Source: an uncultured Methanosarcinales archaeon (lineage in GTDB: Archaea > Nanobdellota > Nanobdellia > Woesearchaeales > GW2011-AR9). Taken from it: a DNA stretch of 64,000 bases. The notes beneath the pieces were generated by a model. It was not told where the DNA came from. It saw only the letters and a program-made list of their open reading frames with translations, and made no database searches. Positions 47,307-56,824 of the stretch are shown here, piece by piece. How positions within the stretch are numbered: the first letter of the stretch is position 1; the number at the start of each line of letters is the position of its first letter. The stretch lies in the NCBI GenBank assembly GCA_964373955.1, contig CAYJXA010000001.1, positions 34,079 to 98,078 on the forward strand, in the 5' to 3' direction. Both the position numbers and the translations under genes were made by a program.

Positions 47307-47990
47307 TTACAATATTTTTATGATCGCCTGCCCATGCGTTACCGCATTTACCTTGTCAATAAACTCCTGCAACAATCCTGCCGGCACTTCTATAATTACT
47401 TCCCAGCTACCGTCAGACTTCCAATCCTCTTTTTGTATTCCCACTGCTCGTAAGGTGCTTTGCGCTTTTCCTGCATGGATCGCAGGAATGAGGATACTCA
47501 ATCGTTTCTGCTCTATTTTAATAGGGAGAATGGGCCTGAGCTTCGTGATAATAGTATCAAACTGTTCTTCTACCGTTTTATGGTCATCCAAATGCACTTT
47601 TGCCTGCTCTAAGGCTGCCTCAATTCTTTCCGAAGGAATTGGAAATCCCGTTCTGGCATCAATTGCTTGTTTGTGAATGAGATAGATTAATTTCTTTCTT
47701 TTCTCTTCCCGTTCTTGCTGGCGGTGATCAGCGGTAAATTGAATTTCACCCTCTTTAATAATCACATCAGCTATTTTATTGGCATCACTGGTTTTGAAGG
47801 CCTGCTCTAAATCACTGTGCGATGCAACTAAACCCTTCTTCGCATCCAGAAAAATTCTGTCTGCATGTAAAACCTCGCCAAGATCATGAAGTTCGCCTTT
47901 TTTATATCGCAAGGCTTGTTCAGGGTCAATGCTAATCTCAAAGGTTTTGCCGAATTTCTTCAGGCGGGCGATGGTTATTTTAGGGGGCAT
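47307..47990 (-). CDS. sdo1: SBDS-family ribosome maturation protein (Sdo1)
   Basis: The N-terminus ARLKKFGKTFEISIDPEQALRYKKGEL matches the SBDS N-domain. It lies in the usual superoperon position upstream of the exosome genes. Confidence 0.85.
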   Translation of the reverse strand: MPPKITIARLKKFGKTFEISIDPEQALRYKKGELHDLGEVLHADRIFLDAKKGLVASHSDLEQAFKTSDANKIADVIIKEGEIQFTADHRQQEREEKRKKLIYLIHKQAIDARTGFPIPSERIEAALEQAKVHLDDHKTVEEQFDTIITKLRPILPIKIEQKRLSILIPAIHAGKAQSTLRAVGIQKEDWKSDGSWEVIIEVPAGLLQEFIDKVNAVTHGQAIIKIL

Positions 47991-48023
47991 AACTAGGATA
48001 ATAAAAATGAAGTATATATATCT

Positions 48024-49154
48024 TTACTTTGCCATATTCCAAAGCAATTCAAAGTATTTTCGAAATGAGTGAGCTATCTCTTTGTTTTTAATAACAAAGG
48101 CCTGCGGATTTTTCGACCAAAGAATAAGTGCTACTTTTTCTCCATAAATACTTACCTCCGCCGGGCTCATGTAATCCGAACTTAAAGTTTTAATTTTAAT
48201 AGTGCTATATCGCTGGCAGGCTTTAATCTGGCGTACTGCCCTCTCATCAAAAATAACTCGCGTCTTCACTTTATTTTTCTGAAAGGGGATCATCACTTCC
48301 GCTTCAAAAAAATCCGTCCATTTATCCGAAGCAGGGGGAACCCCAAAGGCAAGATATTCCTGCCCTCCTTTCATCGTTCGAGCTATTTCAGAAAAAATTG
48401 CCTTAACATCATCAATACCCCTAAAAATAAGCGATTCCTGTTGCCAGAGAATATTAAAATGTTTGCGAAATGCTTCTGCCAATTTTCTATTTTCGATGAG
48501 GAGCGTCGTCAAACTTGGTTCCCAAATGACAATTTGAACTTTATCACCATAAGTCAAAGTAGAAGTAGGACTAAATAGTTCAGTAGGAAGAGGTTTGTAC
48601 TCTGTCTGTTGCGGATCAAAATAATATTCAGCATTTATCTTCGTCAGAATTCTCTCATGAATATTCTTTTCTTTCAAAAGACGCTGATATTGTTCGATAA
48701 AAACGGGCAACGCTTTTTTCCAGAGTCCGTCATCAATTCCAATTCCGAATATTTCTTTATTACCCTGTCCAGAAGTTCGGATACAATCAAGCATTACGGT
48801 CTTTAATCCTTCTTTCCCTTTGTATACTTCCACTTTTACTTCTTCCTTTCTGAAGGTAGTCAGGGCAGTTAATTCTGGAAGTATTTGTTGCAAATGCTCC
48901 TGTTTCTCTTGTAGGAATTCTACCAATTTTTGCGGTTCAGTGGCATTATAATATTTGACATTATTACGAACTACATAATTGATTAAGCCTTTATTGAGAA
49001 GCTTTTCTACGAAATCATAGATAGTAGTTCGGTGCAGATTAGTTTCTTCTTTAATGGCGCTTACGGGGCTTGAACCAAGTTTGAGTAGGGCTACATACAC
49101 CGCTATCTCTCCTTCAGATAAGCCTAATTCTGCTAAAACCGTACGTACGTCCAT
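48024..49154 (-). CDS. TrmB-family transcriptional regulator with extended C-terminal domain
   Basis: N-terminal wHTH (GEIAVYVALLKLGSSPVSAIKEETNLHRTTIYDFVEKLLNKGLI); transcribed divergently from cluster 2. Confidence 0.65.
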   Translation of the reverse strand: MDVRTVLAELGLSEGEIAVYVALLKLGSSPVSAIKEETNLHRTTIYDFVEKLLNKGLINYVVRNNVKYYNATEPQKLVEFLQEKQEHLQQILPELTALTTFRKEEVKVEVYKGKEGLKTVMLDCIRTSGQGNKEIFGIGIDDGLWKKALPVFIEQYQRLLKEKNIHERILTKINAEYYFDPQQTEYKPLPTELFSPTSTLTYGDKVQIVIWEPSLTTLLIENRKLAEAFRKHFNILWQQESLIFRGIDDVKAIFSEIARTMKGGQEYLAFGVPPASDKWTDFFEAEVMIPFQKNKVKTRVIFDERAVRQIKACQRYSTIKIKTLSSDYMSPAEVSIYGEKVALILWSKNPQAFVIKNKEIAHSFRKYFELLWNMAK

Positions 49155-49270
49155 GGTGGTAATGGTAGCAAAAGGGTATATAAAAGTTGCTGTCGTAAAA
49201 ACGACAACAAGAATTTAAGTACTAGCTATTGCTTGTCACTTTGTAGTGAGCAAATTATAATAGAGGTAAC

Positions 49271-50380
49271 ATGGCAGATACAAACGTAACAATTACACTA
49301 CGAGAATTGGACTTAGACCAAGAGATTGGCTTTGCTAAAGGTGGATGGTACTCCCCCACAGAGATTCTGCAGCGAGTTCAAGAGTTAGGAGTAGAAGAAG
49401 TTACCGCCGCGGCGGTAGATCGTGCAGCCCGGTATTATGATCTGGCAAGAGTTCATGAATTGCTCCACTGCCTTGATGTTGGTTTTGGAAGCGCAGAGTT
49501 AGTGCGGCAATTAGCCCATGATCCGCAAGCCCAACAAAAGATAGGCTACACCTTTCCACATCAAGAAGATAGCCTCCCTGAACAACAAGTTGCATTTCTC
49601 TCAGGCTTATTTCATGATATTATAGTAGGATATCAAGGGAATACCATTACTAAAACTAGCCCGGAAAGAGAAATTATTGGTTTTATTGCTCCAGCAGAAG
49701 AGAAAAAGGTGAAAGGTAAACCCCAGTATATCAAAGATGCTATTGGCGATGATTTACGGGGGGCAATACAATTATATTGGTGCGGACAAAGAATTCCTGC
49801 GTGGTTAGCAGTTCGGGCTGGTGACGAATTACTCGCCGGTTCTGATCTCAAAGTCCTTGGGGAACCAAAGAAATTACTCGGCCAATTCAGCCCCTACAAA
49901 ATTCTGGATGCAATTTGGTATCACGATGGAAACTACCCCCTTCGAGGATTTGCAGAAGCTGATGCAATTCTAGGAGACAGAGTACGACTCTACGAGCAGC
50001 AGCAAGTTCCATTAGAAGTAATTGGAGCAGGGATTCAAAAATTGTTAGGATACACTGAAGTTGATCCGCAATGGGAAGAACGAAGTACAAAACCTGATGC
50101 TGCTTATCTTGAGAAAATGGTTACTAAAAAAGCTGGCCCTTTCTTACAAGCAATCGCGGGAACTTCGACGTACGACTTTGTCAGAGAAGATCTTTCTTCT
50201 CGTGGACGGGGAAAAAGAACCCTTGTTAGTCCCGCATTTTGGAGAGGGGTAGATTTAATGCCAGTGGCCTTAGAACAAGCTCGAGCTGACAACGAGGTTA
50301 ATAATGCGTTCAGTCATGAATTAGCTACACTGCAACAAAGACTACAACACCTTGAACAATACCGAGGTAGCTCAGCATGA
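49271..50380 (+). CDS. hypothetical protein, first gene of cluster 2
   Basis: 369 aa; its stop overlaps the start of the following standalone swivel-domain ORF (ATGA). Confidence 0.5.
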   Translation: MADTNVTITLRELDLDQEIGFAKGGWYSPTEILQRVQELGVEEVTAAAVDRAARYYDLARVHELLHCLDVGFGSAELVRQLAHDPQAQQKIGYTFPHQEDSLPEQQVAFLSGLFHDIIVGYQGNTITKTSPEREIIGFIAPAEEKKVKGKPQYIKDAIGDDLRGAIQLYWCGQRIPAWLAVRAGDELLAGSDLKVLGEPKKLLGQFSPYKILDAIWYHDGNYPLRGFAEADAILGDRVRLYEQQQVPLEVIGAGIQKLLGYTEVDPQWEERSTKPDAAYLEKMVTKKAGPFLQAIAGTSTYDFVREDLSSRGRGKRTLVSPAFWRGVDLMPVALEQARADNEVNNAFSHELATLQQRLQHLEQYRGSSA

Positions 50381-50679
50381 TAACAGGAATATGTGTTTCA
50401 CCGGGAACAGCAGAAGGAATTATTCGCATCCATCAAGAAGGGAGAACGTACACGAAGGAAGATATTATTGTCTTACAACGATGGTTAACTCATGAAGTAC
50501 TCAGCCTCAAAAATGCCGGTGCTTTAATTTCGGCAGGGGGAGGCATTACCTGCCATGCTTCGATTATTGCGAGAGAATTAAAAATTCCCGCATTAGTTAG
50601 TGCAGACGTTTCCTCGTTACGCGAAGGACAGTGTGTTTTCATAAACACCATCGAAGAAAGTATCGAGGTACGAGCATGA
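50377..50679 (+). CDS. standalone PEP-utilizing-enzyme mobile (phosphohistidine swivel) domain protein
   Basis: GTAEGIIRI...EDIIVLQ...GALISAGGGITCHASIIARELKIPALV. The gene encodes only the 100-aa domain. Confidence 0.7.
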   Translation: MITGICVSPGTAEGIIRIHQEGRTYTKEDIIVLQRWLTHEVLSLKNAGALISAGGGITCHASIIARELKIPALVSADVSSLREGQCVFINTIEESIEVRA

Positions 50680-51644
50680 AGAAGTACGCCACCTTAGCTC
50701 GGCCTGCACCCAAGAATGAGATTTGGGAGCAAGAGATTGATGGACAAACGTACCTTTGCGAAAGACCACATTATACTTTAAAAAAATTAGAAGTAGAACT
50801 ACTAAAAGAATGCTTTGAAAGAGAATCACTAATGCTGTTCGGGAAAAAACTTCCCCTCTTCTTTGAAGGGAACGGGCGATGGTGGGCAGATCCAGAGATA
50901 TGCAGTGCAAAGCTAATGGAACGATGCATCAAGAACCCGCAGCTCTACATTAAAACCATGGCTCAGAAAGTTCAGGATGTTAAAGAAGTAATCCAAATTC
51001 TCCACGAGATTAATCAAAAGATAGAAGAAAAGAATCCAGCAATCCTGAGAGAACAATTTACAAAATTAGTTGAAGCCTACTTCCTTTTTTATTCGTATCA
51101 TTTCATCACGTTTGTCCTTTTTGATGAAATGGCGTTGAAGTTCAAGAACATCTTACAACAATTTCTAAGCAGAGGGGACGCTAACCAATATTTCACGGAG
51201 TTCCTTCAAGCAGAAATGACTGCTGAAGCAATACGAAGGGGAGCGGTTCAAGATGACACCGCCCAACAAAGTAGAGATTTATTTTATTCCGCATGCAAAC
51301 CAACTATTTTCTACAAAGAGCCAAAATTCTTTACGGAATATGCATATGATAATGAAATTATTGCTAAATTGTATGATTCTACTCCCTCCCCGTTAATAGT
51401 GCAAGAGTTTTTTGCCCTTCGTCTTCTCGTTCCGCTCGGATTCCAAATAAATGAAGAAGCGCAGTACATTGAGAGTAAAATGCTCTGCCCCATCATGAAA
51501 ATAATTCTGGAAAAAATCAGAATATTTTTGGTACAGCAAGGGTTGTTTGAGAAGGAAAAAGATATTCGAGAGCTGGGTGTAGAAGAAATCATCTCCAAAT
51601 TACAACAGAGTAAAAGAAAGCAGGAGGAATACCATGACCATTGA
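50676..51644 (+). CDS. helical domain protein homologous to the N-terminal domains of the swivel-fusion paralogs
   Basis: Start at MKKYATL, where the ATG overlaps the preceding stop. It has an aromatic/hydrophobic block followed by FDE (FYSYHFITFVLFDEMALKF), similar to paralogs A and D. Confidence 0.55.
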   Translation: MKKYATLARPAPKNEIWEQEIDGQTYLCERPHYTLKKLEVELLKECFERESLMLFGKKLPLFFEGNGRWWADPEICSAKLMERCIKNPQLYIKTMAQKVQDVKEVIQILHEINQKIEEKNPAILREQFTKLVEAYFLFYSYHFITFVLFDEMALKFKNILQQFLSRGDANQYFTEFLQAEMTAEAIRRGAVQDDTAQQSRDLFYSACKPTIFYKEPKFFTEYAYDNEIIAKLYDSTPSPLIVQEFFALRLLVPLGFQINEEAQYIESKMLCPIMKIILEKIRIFLVQQGLFEKEKDIRELGVEEIISKLQQSKRKQEEYHDH

Positions 51645-52272
51645 AAAAATTGCAGTTTTTGACGTTTTAGGTCCCATGTACCATTACGATGCCCGGGGAT
51701 GGATTGATGGAGCGATAGAACCACTCATAGAAAGGCTTCATCAACATGGATATACGGGAAAAAACATGGCTGAGGAGGCCCGAGATGAAGAAGATTTACA
51801 GCGAACGCAAAAAGAGCCAATCTTAATTATGCCGGGATTTGCAGAAACAGTGTTGTATCTTCGCCATCACCAAGTCCTCCCAGTGGTAGTATCCGCAGGA
51901 ACTCCCTGGGTGTTAGAAAATACGTTGAAATTAGCTGCCCGAGATTACCAGACGAGGACAGGAGACGACTGTAGGGCAGAGCAATTAGTTGCCTCTTCCG
52001 ATTTAATTAGCACTATTCCCTTTGGCAGTAAAAGAGATCCTGAAACTTGGAGGAAAGCAGTACAGCAATACGTAGGAGCAGAAGTGATAGCGATATATGA
52101 AGATACTTTTGCAAATCTTACTGCTGCCGCGGAAGGGTTAACTCCGCAAGTAGGCTATCATGTAACTTCTACACGGCATGGGCTTGCACGGCTTTGTCGG
52201 GATCAGAGAATTTACCGCGGCCATATGCTTGAAGCTTTAGAACATCTACAAAGAGAGGTAATATCAAAATAA
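51634..52272 (+). CDS. hypothetical protein
   Basis: 212 aa; overlaps the upstream gene. An IAVFDVLG segment resembles a degenerate HAD motif I. Confidence 0.4.
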   Translation: MTIEKIAVFDVLGPMYHYDARGWIDGAIEPLIERLHQHGYTGKNMAEEARDEEDLQRTQKEPILIMPGFAETVLYLRHHQVLPVVVSAGTPWVLENTLKLAARDYQTRTGDDCRAEQLVASSDLISTIPFGSKRDPETWRKAVQQYVGAEVIAIYEDTFANLTAAAEGLTPQVGYHVTSTRHGLARLCRDQRIYRGHMLEALEHLQREVISK

Positions 52273-52275
52273 ACT

Positions 52276-52632
52276 ATGAAAAAAATACTTCAAGGGTTGG
52301 GAGTAAGTAAGGGAAAAGCCAGAGGCATTGTTCGCATTATCACAAATGGACAGGATTATTCTCACTTTCAAGCTGGAGACATCCTTGTAACGAGGCTCAC
52401 GGATCCAACGATGGTGCCGGTGATGGGAAAAGCTGCTGGGATTATTTGTGAAATCGGTGGAATGACATCACACCCTTCTATTGTTAGTAGGGAACTTGGA
52501 ATTCCCTGTATTGTTGCTGTTGATAACGCTACAGAAATTCTCAAAGAAGGTGATCTGATTGAAATATGCGGGGAGACAGGAGAAATTAACCTCCTGGAAA
52601 ATAAATCGACATGGAGGCTACGATGGGGATAA
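52276..52632 (+). CDS. standalone PEP-utilizing swivel domain protein (second copy)
   Basis: GKARGIVRI...GDILVTRLTDPTMVPVMGKAAGIICEIGGMTSHPSIVSRELGIPCIVA. Confidence 0.7.
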   Translation: MKKILQGLGVSKGKARGIVRIITNGQDYSHFQAGDILVTRLTDPTMVPVMGKAAGIICEIGGMTSHPSIVSRELGIPCIVAVDNATEILKEGDLIEICGETGEINLLENKSTWRLRWG

Positions 52633-53654
52633 ATCATTTTATTGACACCATGCTAGAAGCTTTAGGGAGCATGGACCTCAGCACTCTTGAACCAATGAGT
52701 AATTTCATCTTTCACCCCCTTTTCGATAGGGAATGGATAGAAAGAATAGAAGAAGTGATGAGAAAAGTAGAAGAATACAACCTCCCCTTAGAACAAGCGG
52801 CCAAGCATATCAAAGGAATTGCACATCTTCGATGTCAACTATTCTTCTTACTCTTAGATTTAAAATCGGCAAACATCTCTATAGGGAGAAGGATGAAACT
52901 AGCCTCTTTCTTCCATGAACTACTCGAACTCAAAGCACAGGGAGATGTGTACGGTAAACAAAGTAATATTGCTCATAGTCCTGAAGAAGTAGAACTTATT
53001 TTACGAAAGCCATTTCAGCCGGCAACGGAAGAAATTGCCAGATTATTAGGAAGATTATACGCTGCAAGTTATCATTTGGTGAACGGGTTGTACACTGACT
53101 TCTATACTGATTATAGCGCTGAAAACATGGGAGCATATCCTTTGAGTGATGGCAGGATATTAGTTATAAAACATTTCGAAGATGTAAGACCTTCCCTGTT
53201 GTGGGATACGAAAACCCCCTGCAAGAGATTGACCATTTACTGTATTTATGAGCAAGTGAGATTCACCTGCGATGCCGTCTCCTGCCATAGCCGGTACGAA
53301 GGGGATCCCATTCGGGGATTAAAGAGTTATCTCGTTGAAGCAGATGAAATACCGATTAAGGACCTTCAGCAAATAGAAAAGATCAAAGGGGCAATAGAAT
53401 CCCTCGCTGTTGAGCAGTGGAAGAAACTCGTACAGCAAAATAAAGAAGAATTGAAACAAAAAGGGGTGTTCATGCGTTGTTATGTGTTTAAAGATTTATT
53501 TGAATTAGTGGGGATGGACTGGAGGCCTACTTCAGCTATGCTTGAAGCAGTCAAGGGAAAAGAATTAGCGATTAATTTCTGGAATCCACCTGTAGAGAAC
53601 CAACAGGAATACTGGAGAAGAATTCTTGATCCGGCAGAGGAAGTGTATAGGTAA
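52611..53654 (+). CDS. hypothetical protein
   Basis: 347 aa; overlaps the swivel ORF. Confidence 0.45.
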   Translation: MEATMGINHFIDTMLEALGSMDLSTLEPMSNFIFHPLFDREWIERIEEVMRKVEEYNLPLEQAAKHIKGIAHLRCQLFFLLLDLKSANISIGRRMKLASFFHELLELKAQGDVYGKQSNIAHSPEEVELILRKPFQPATEEIARLLGRLYAASYHLVNGLYTDFYTDYSAENMGAYPLSDGRILVIKHFEDVRPSLLWDTKTPCKRLTIYCIYEQVRFTCDAVSCHSRYEGDPIRGLKSYLVEADEIPIKDLQQIEKIKGAIESLAVEQWKKLVQQNKEELKQKGVFMRCYVFKDLFELVGMDWRPTSAMLEAVKGKELAINFWNPPVENQQEYWRRILDPAEEVYR

Positions 53655-53658
53655 GGAA

Positions 53659-54432
53659 ATGAGAGAACCATTACTAGAGGTAAGAGTGGATCAAAAAAGT
53701 TTTGGGAAATTACCCATCCTCCAGGAGGTTTATTTCACCATAGAAGAAGGGGAGTATGTTTCTCTCGTTGGGCCAAGCGGTTGTGGGAAAACCACCTTAC
53801 TCCGCTTAATTGCAGGATTAGAGAATGACTTTCAAGGAGAAATTACGGTCAATGGCCATCCCCCCATAGTGGGCTACGACACGAGAATGATGTTTCAAGA
53901 ATCAAGATTATTTCCCTGGCTTTCCGCACGGGAAAACATTGAGCTTGGACTTCAGAAACACCCGTTACCGGTGTATCAAAGGGGGTTAGGAAAGAAATCA
54001 TTATCAGATCCACGAGTAGATGCTTTATTGAAGAAGAGTGGATTGGAACCATTTGCGGGTTACATGCCCGGGCAACTCTCCGGAGGAATGCAGCAGAGGA
54101 TAGCTCTTTTAAGAGCGTTAATAAGTACACCAAAATTACTCCTTCTGGATGAGCCTTTCAGCAAGTTGGATTATCTTACTGCCCTGCCTTTACAAGAAGA
54201 AGTAAGCGATTTGGTGCGAGGAGTGGGAGTAACTGCATTTATGATTACGCATAACATTGAAGAGGCGGTATATCTTAGTGATAGGATACTCTTGCTTTCT
54301 TCAAGGCCAGCAACAATAGTAAGAGCATACGATATTAAACTTCCACAGCCACGAGAAAGAATGAGCGATGAAATACAAACATATGTAAGAGAAATCTTGC
54401 GACAGGTACAGGGAGAGATGAGAACTTCATAA
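53659..54432 (+). CDS. ABC transporter ATP-binding protein (NitT/TauT-type, SsuB/TauB-like) with no adjacent permease
   Basis: Walker A GPSGCGKTT, signature LSGGMQQR, Walker B LLLLDEPFS, and H-loop ITHN. Confidence 0.85.
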   Translation: MREPLLEVRVDQKSFGKLPILQEVYFTIEEGEYVSLVGPSGCGKTTLLRLIAGLENDFQGEITVNGHPPIVGYDTRMMFQESRLFPWLSARENIELGLQKHPLPVYQRGLGKKSLSDPRVDALLKKSGLEPFAGYMPGQLSGGMQQRIALLRALISTPKLLLLDEPFSKLDYLTALPLQEEVSDLVRGVGVTAFMITHNIEEAVYLSDRILLLSSRPATIVRAYDIKLPQPRERMSDEIQTYVREILRQVQGEMRTS

Positions 54433-54434
54433 AC

Positions 54435-55178
54435 CTACTTTTTCGCTTTATTCCAAATAATCTGAAAGAATTTTGCATAAGAATTTGCAGTTGATTTCTC
54501 TTCGATCAGAAATCCATACGGTTTATCTAACCAAATAATAATAGCAACTTTACTCCCACAAATAATAGTTTCAGTTAATTCCTCAAACTTCTCCGGCGTA
54601 TATCGTACTTCTGTCAACTTCTTTCTACTTAACTCTTTTCCCCAGTATTGAAGCTGGGGATGAAACAATAGTTTTCCTCTAATACCTTTGTTAATTCTAT
54701 GATTGTGAAAACTCTCCCAAAAATAGTCCCCCAGTAATTCATTTGCTTTTTTAGGGCCTCCATAGGCACAATAATTTTTAGAGGAAGTATCAAGCATCAG
54801 ACGAAGAAGTTCTTTTATTCCCCGAATCCCTTGAAAAAGTATTGCTTTGGGCTTTTCCTGGGCAAATTTCTGCTTTGCTTCTAATTCCGGGATGATCTTT
54901 TGAAGACGTTCTTTCTTTTCTTCGATAAACCCTAGCAATTGCCGGGGAGAAACCCCTTGATATGTTCTCATTTTCCCTTCCAGAACCGAGGTAACCAGCC
55001 CTTTTTCAGCTAAAGAATGAAAAGCCCGATGGACCACTGCATTTTGCAAGCCTGATTTTTCTACCACTTTACCAGCAGCAGAAGAGCCAAGTTCTAAAAG
55101 AGTAAGAAATACTTTAATTTCCGCACCGGTAAGTCCTAAATCTTCAAGGATGGAAGTGTCCATAGGATATGGGTACAT
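54435..55178 (-). CDS. TrmB-family transcriptional regulator
   Basis: wHTH GAEIKVFLTLLELGSSAAGKVVEKSGLQNAVVHRAFHSLAEKGLV. Confidence 0.65.
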   Translation of the reverse strand: MYPYPMDTSILEDLGLTGAEIKVFLTLLELGSSAAGKVVEKSGLQNAVVHRAFHSLAEKGLVTSVLEGKMRTYQGVSPRQLLGFIEEKKERLQKIIPELEAKQKFAQEKPKAILFQGIRGIKELLRLMLDTSSKNYCAYGGPKKANELLGDYFWESFHNHRINKGIRGKLLFHPQLQYWGKELSRKKLTEVRYTPEKFEELTETIICGSKVAIIIWLDKPYGFLIEEKSTANSYAKFFQIIWNKAKK

Positions 55179-55318
55179 ATCATTAGGTCCATTTAAATCT
55201 TTCTAGTATAGTCACAATTGTGATTACAAAGTATTAAATAGCCACCCCCTCCCCATAAAAGGCATTTTCAGAAAAAAAGCTAATTTAAAGCGAGAGAGGG
55301 TATGGAATTAAAAAAATC

Positions 55319-56815
55319 ATGAAAACCAAAGAAATTGTCCAGCATCTGCAAGGCAAAAAATGGCGCAAGCGGGGAACATGGCCGCATTACATTATTAGCA
55401 GCGAAATATTCGGGGAAGGGGAAACCGCATCCTACTGCCAACGATTAGGATATCCGTTCAAGCGCACCTTAGGAATTTGGTACAAAGAAGACTGGTTTGA
55501 CCCGGAAGAAGAATGGGAGGCTATTGGTGCCATCGTTACCTCAGAATACAAAAAAGATCCTGCCTATTTATGGAAATATGGACAACATTGCCTTCAACTT
55601 GGAGAAGAGACTATCCGAAGAACAAAAGAATTAGGGGAGATTGATCCTGCAACGATATCAAATGAGGAGTTAGGGCATAGATACAGGGAGGCAATTACGG
55701 AAATCAAGGGATACATGCCCTTCATGTTTAGCCTGCATCTTTTTGACAAATTCCTCACGGAAAAGTTTGAAGAATTGTTGAGTGCATTTATTCGAGAAGA
55801 GAAGCTTCCAAAAGAAGACTATTTCAAGTATCAAACGGCTTTAACACTCCCAAATAGGAAAATCTTTGTCTTACAGGAGAAAGTTGATCTAATGAAAATA
55901 GCTCTCCTTGCCAAAAAGAAGAAGGAAGGGATTAAGGATAAAGCCATCCAGAAAAAAATGGAAGAGCATACGGCACAATATGGTTGGATCAATATGGCTT
56001 ACTTAGAAGCACTTCCTCATGATAAAACTTATTTCCACCAAAAAGTACAGGCATTGTTAGAAACAGATGTAGAAAATGAGTACAATCAAATCGCAAGTTA
56101 TGAGAAAAAGCTCATTCGAGAAAGAGAAGAGTACATGAACAAGATACAGAGAGGGGAATTACATACCATTTGCAAGGCTATCCAATTATTTGGATTTCTG
56201 CGATCATTCCGCTTGGATACAGCATACATTGCATATTATAACTGCTGGAAAGTTATCCAAGAAATTGAGAAGAGGCTTCACCTGCCCGTGTTTGACATTC
56301 GGTACCTCGATTCAAAAGAAGTTTCTTTTGCTCTCCAAAACCCTAAAGAAAAAGGATACTTACACCTAATTCAGGAACGAAAAAGAGGAGTACTGTCCAT
56401 AATGATCGAGGACACGCGTCTTGAAATTACAGGAGAGGAGATAGAAGCTATTACACGAGAGATTACCTTTCCAAAGGAAATTCTTTCAGCAGCCATTAAA
56501 GGGACTACTGCTTACCCCGGGAGGATCATAGGACCATGCAAAGTGCTTCATCGTCTGGAGGATATGCAAAAAATGTGCGTAGGAGATATCCTCGTGATTG
56601 CGATGACTGACCCCAATTATATTCCGGCGATGGAAAAAGCAGCAGCTTTTGTGACGGATCAAGGAGGGATTCTCTGCCATGCTGCTATTGTCAGCAGGGA
56701 AATGAAAAAGCCCTGTATTATTGGAACAAAATCAGCAACTAAATCATTCAAAGACAAGGATATACTAGAAGTAAACGCTGATGAAGGGATAGTAAGAAAA
56801 ATCGATGAGAAATAA
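55319..56815 (+). CDS. helical domain plus C-terminal PEP-utilizing swivel domain protein, paralog D
   Basis: C-terminus GDILVIAMTDPNYIPAMEKAAAFVTDQGGILCHAAIVSREMKKPCIIG. Confidence 0.7.
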   Translation: MKTKEIVQHLQGKKWRKRGTWPHYIISSEIFGEGETASYCQRLGYPFKRTLGIWYKEDWFDPEEEWEAIGAIVTSEYKKDPAYLWKYGQHCLQLGEETIRRTKELGEIDPATISNEELGHRYREAITEIKGYMPFMFSLHLFDKFLTEKFEELLSAFIREEKLPKEDYFKYQTALTLPNRKIFVLQEKVDLMKIALLAKKKKEGIKDKAIQKKMEEHTAQYGWINMAYLEALPHDKTYFHQKVQALLETDVENEYNQIASYEKKLIREREEYMNKIQRGELHTICKAIQLFGFLRSFRLDTAYIAYYNCWKVIQEIEKRLHLPVFDIRYLDSKEVSFALQNPKEKGYLHLIQERKRGVLSIMIEDTRLEITGEEIEAITREITFPKEILSAAIKGTTAYPGRIIGPCKVLHRLEDMQKMCVGDILVIAMTDPNYIPAMEKAAAFVTDQGGILCHAAIVSREMKKPCIIGTKSATKSFKDKDILEVNADEGIVRKIDEK

Positions 56816-56824
56816 AAAAAAATT

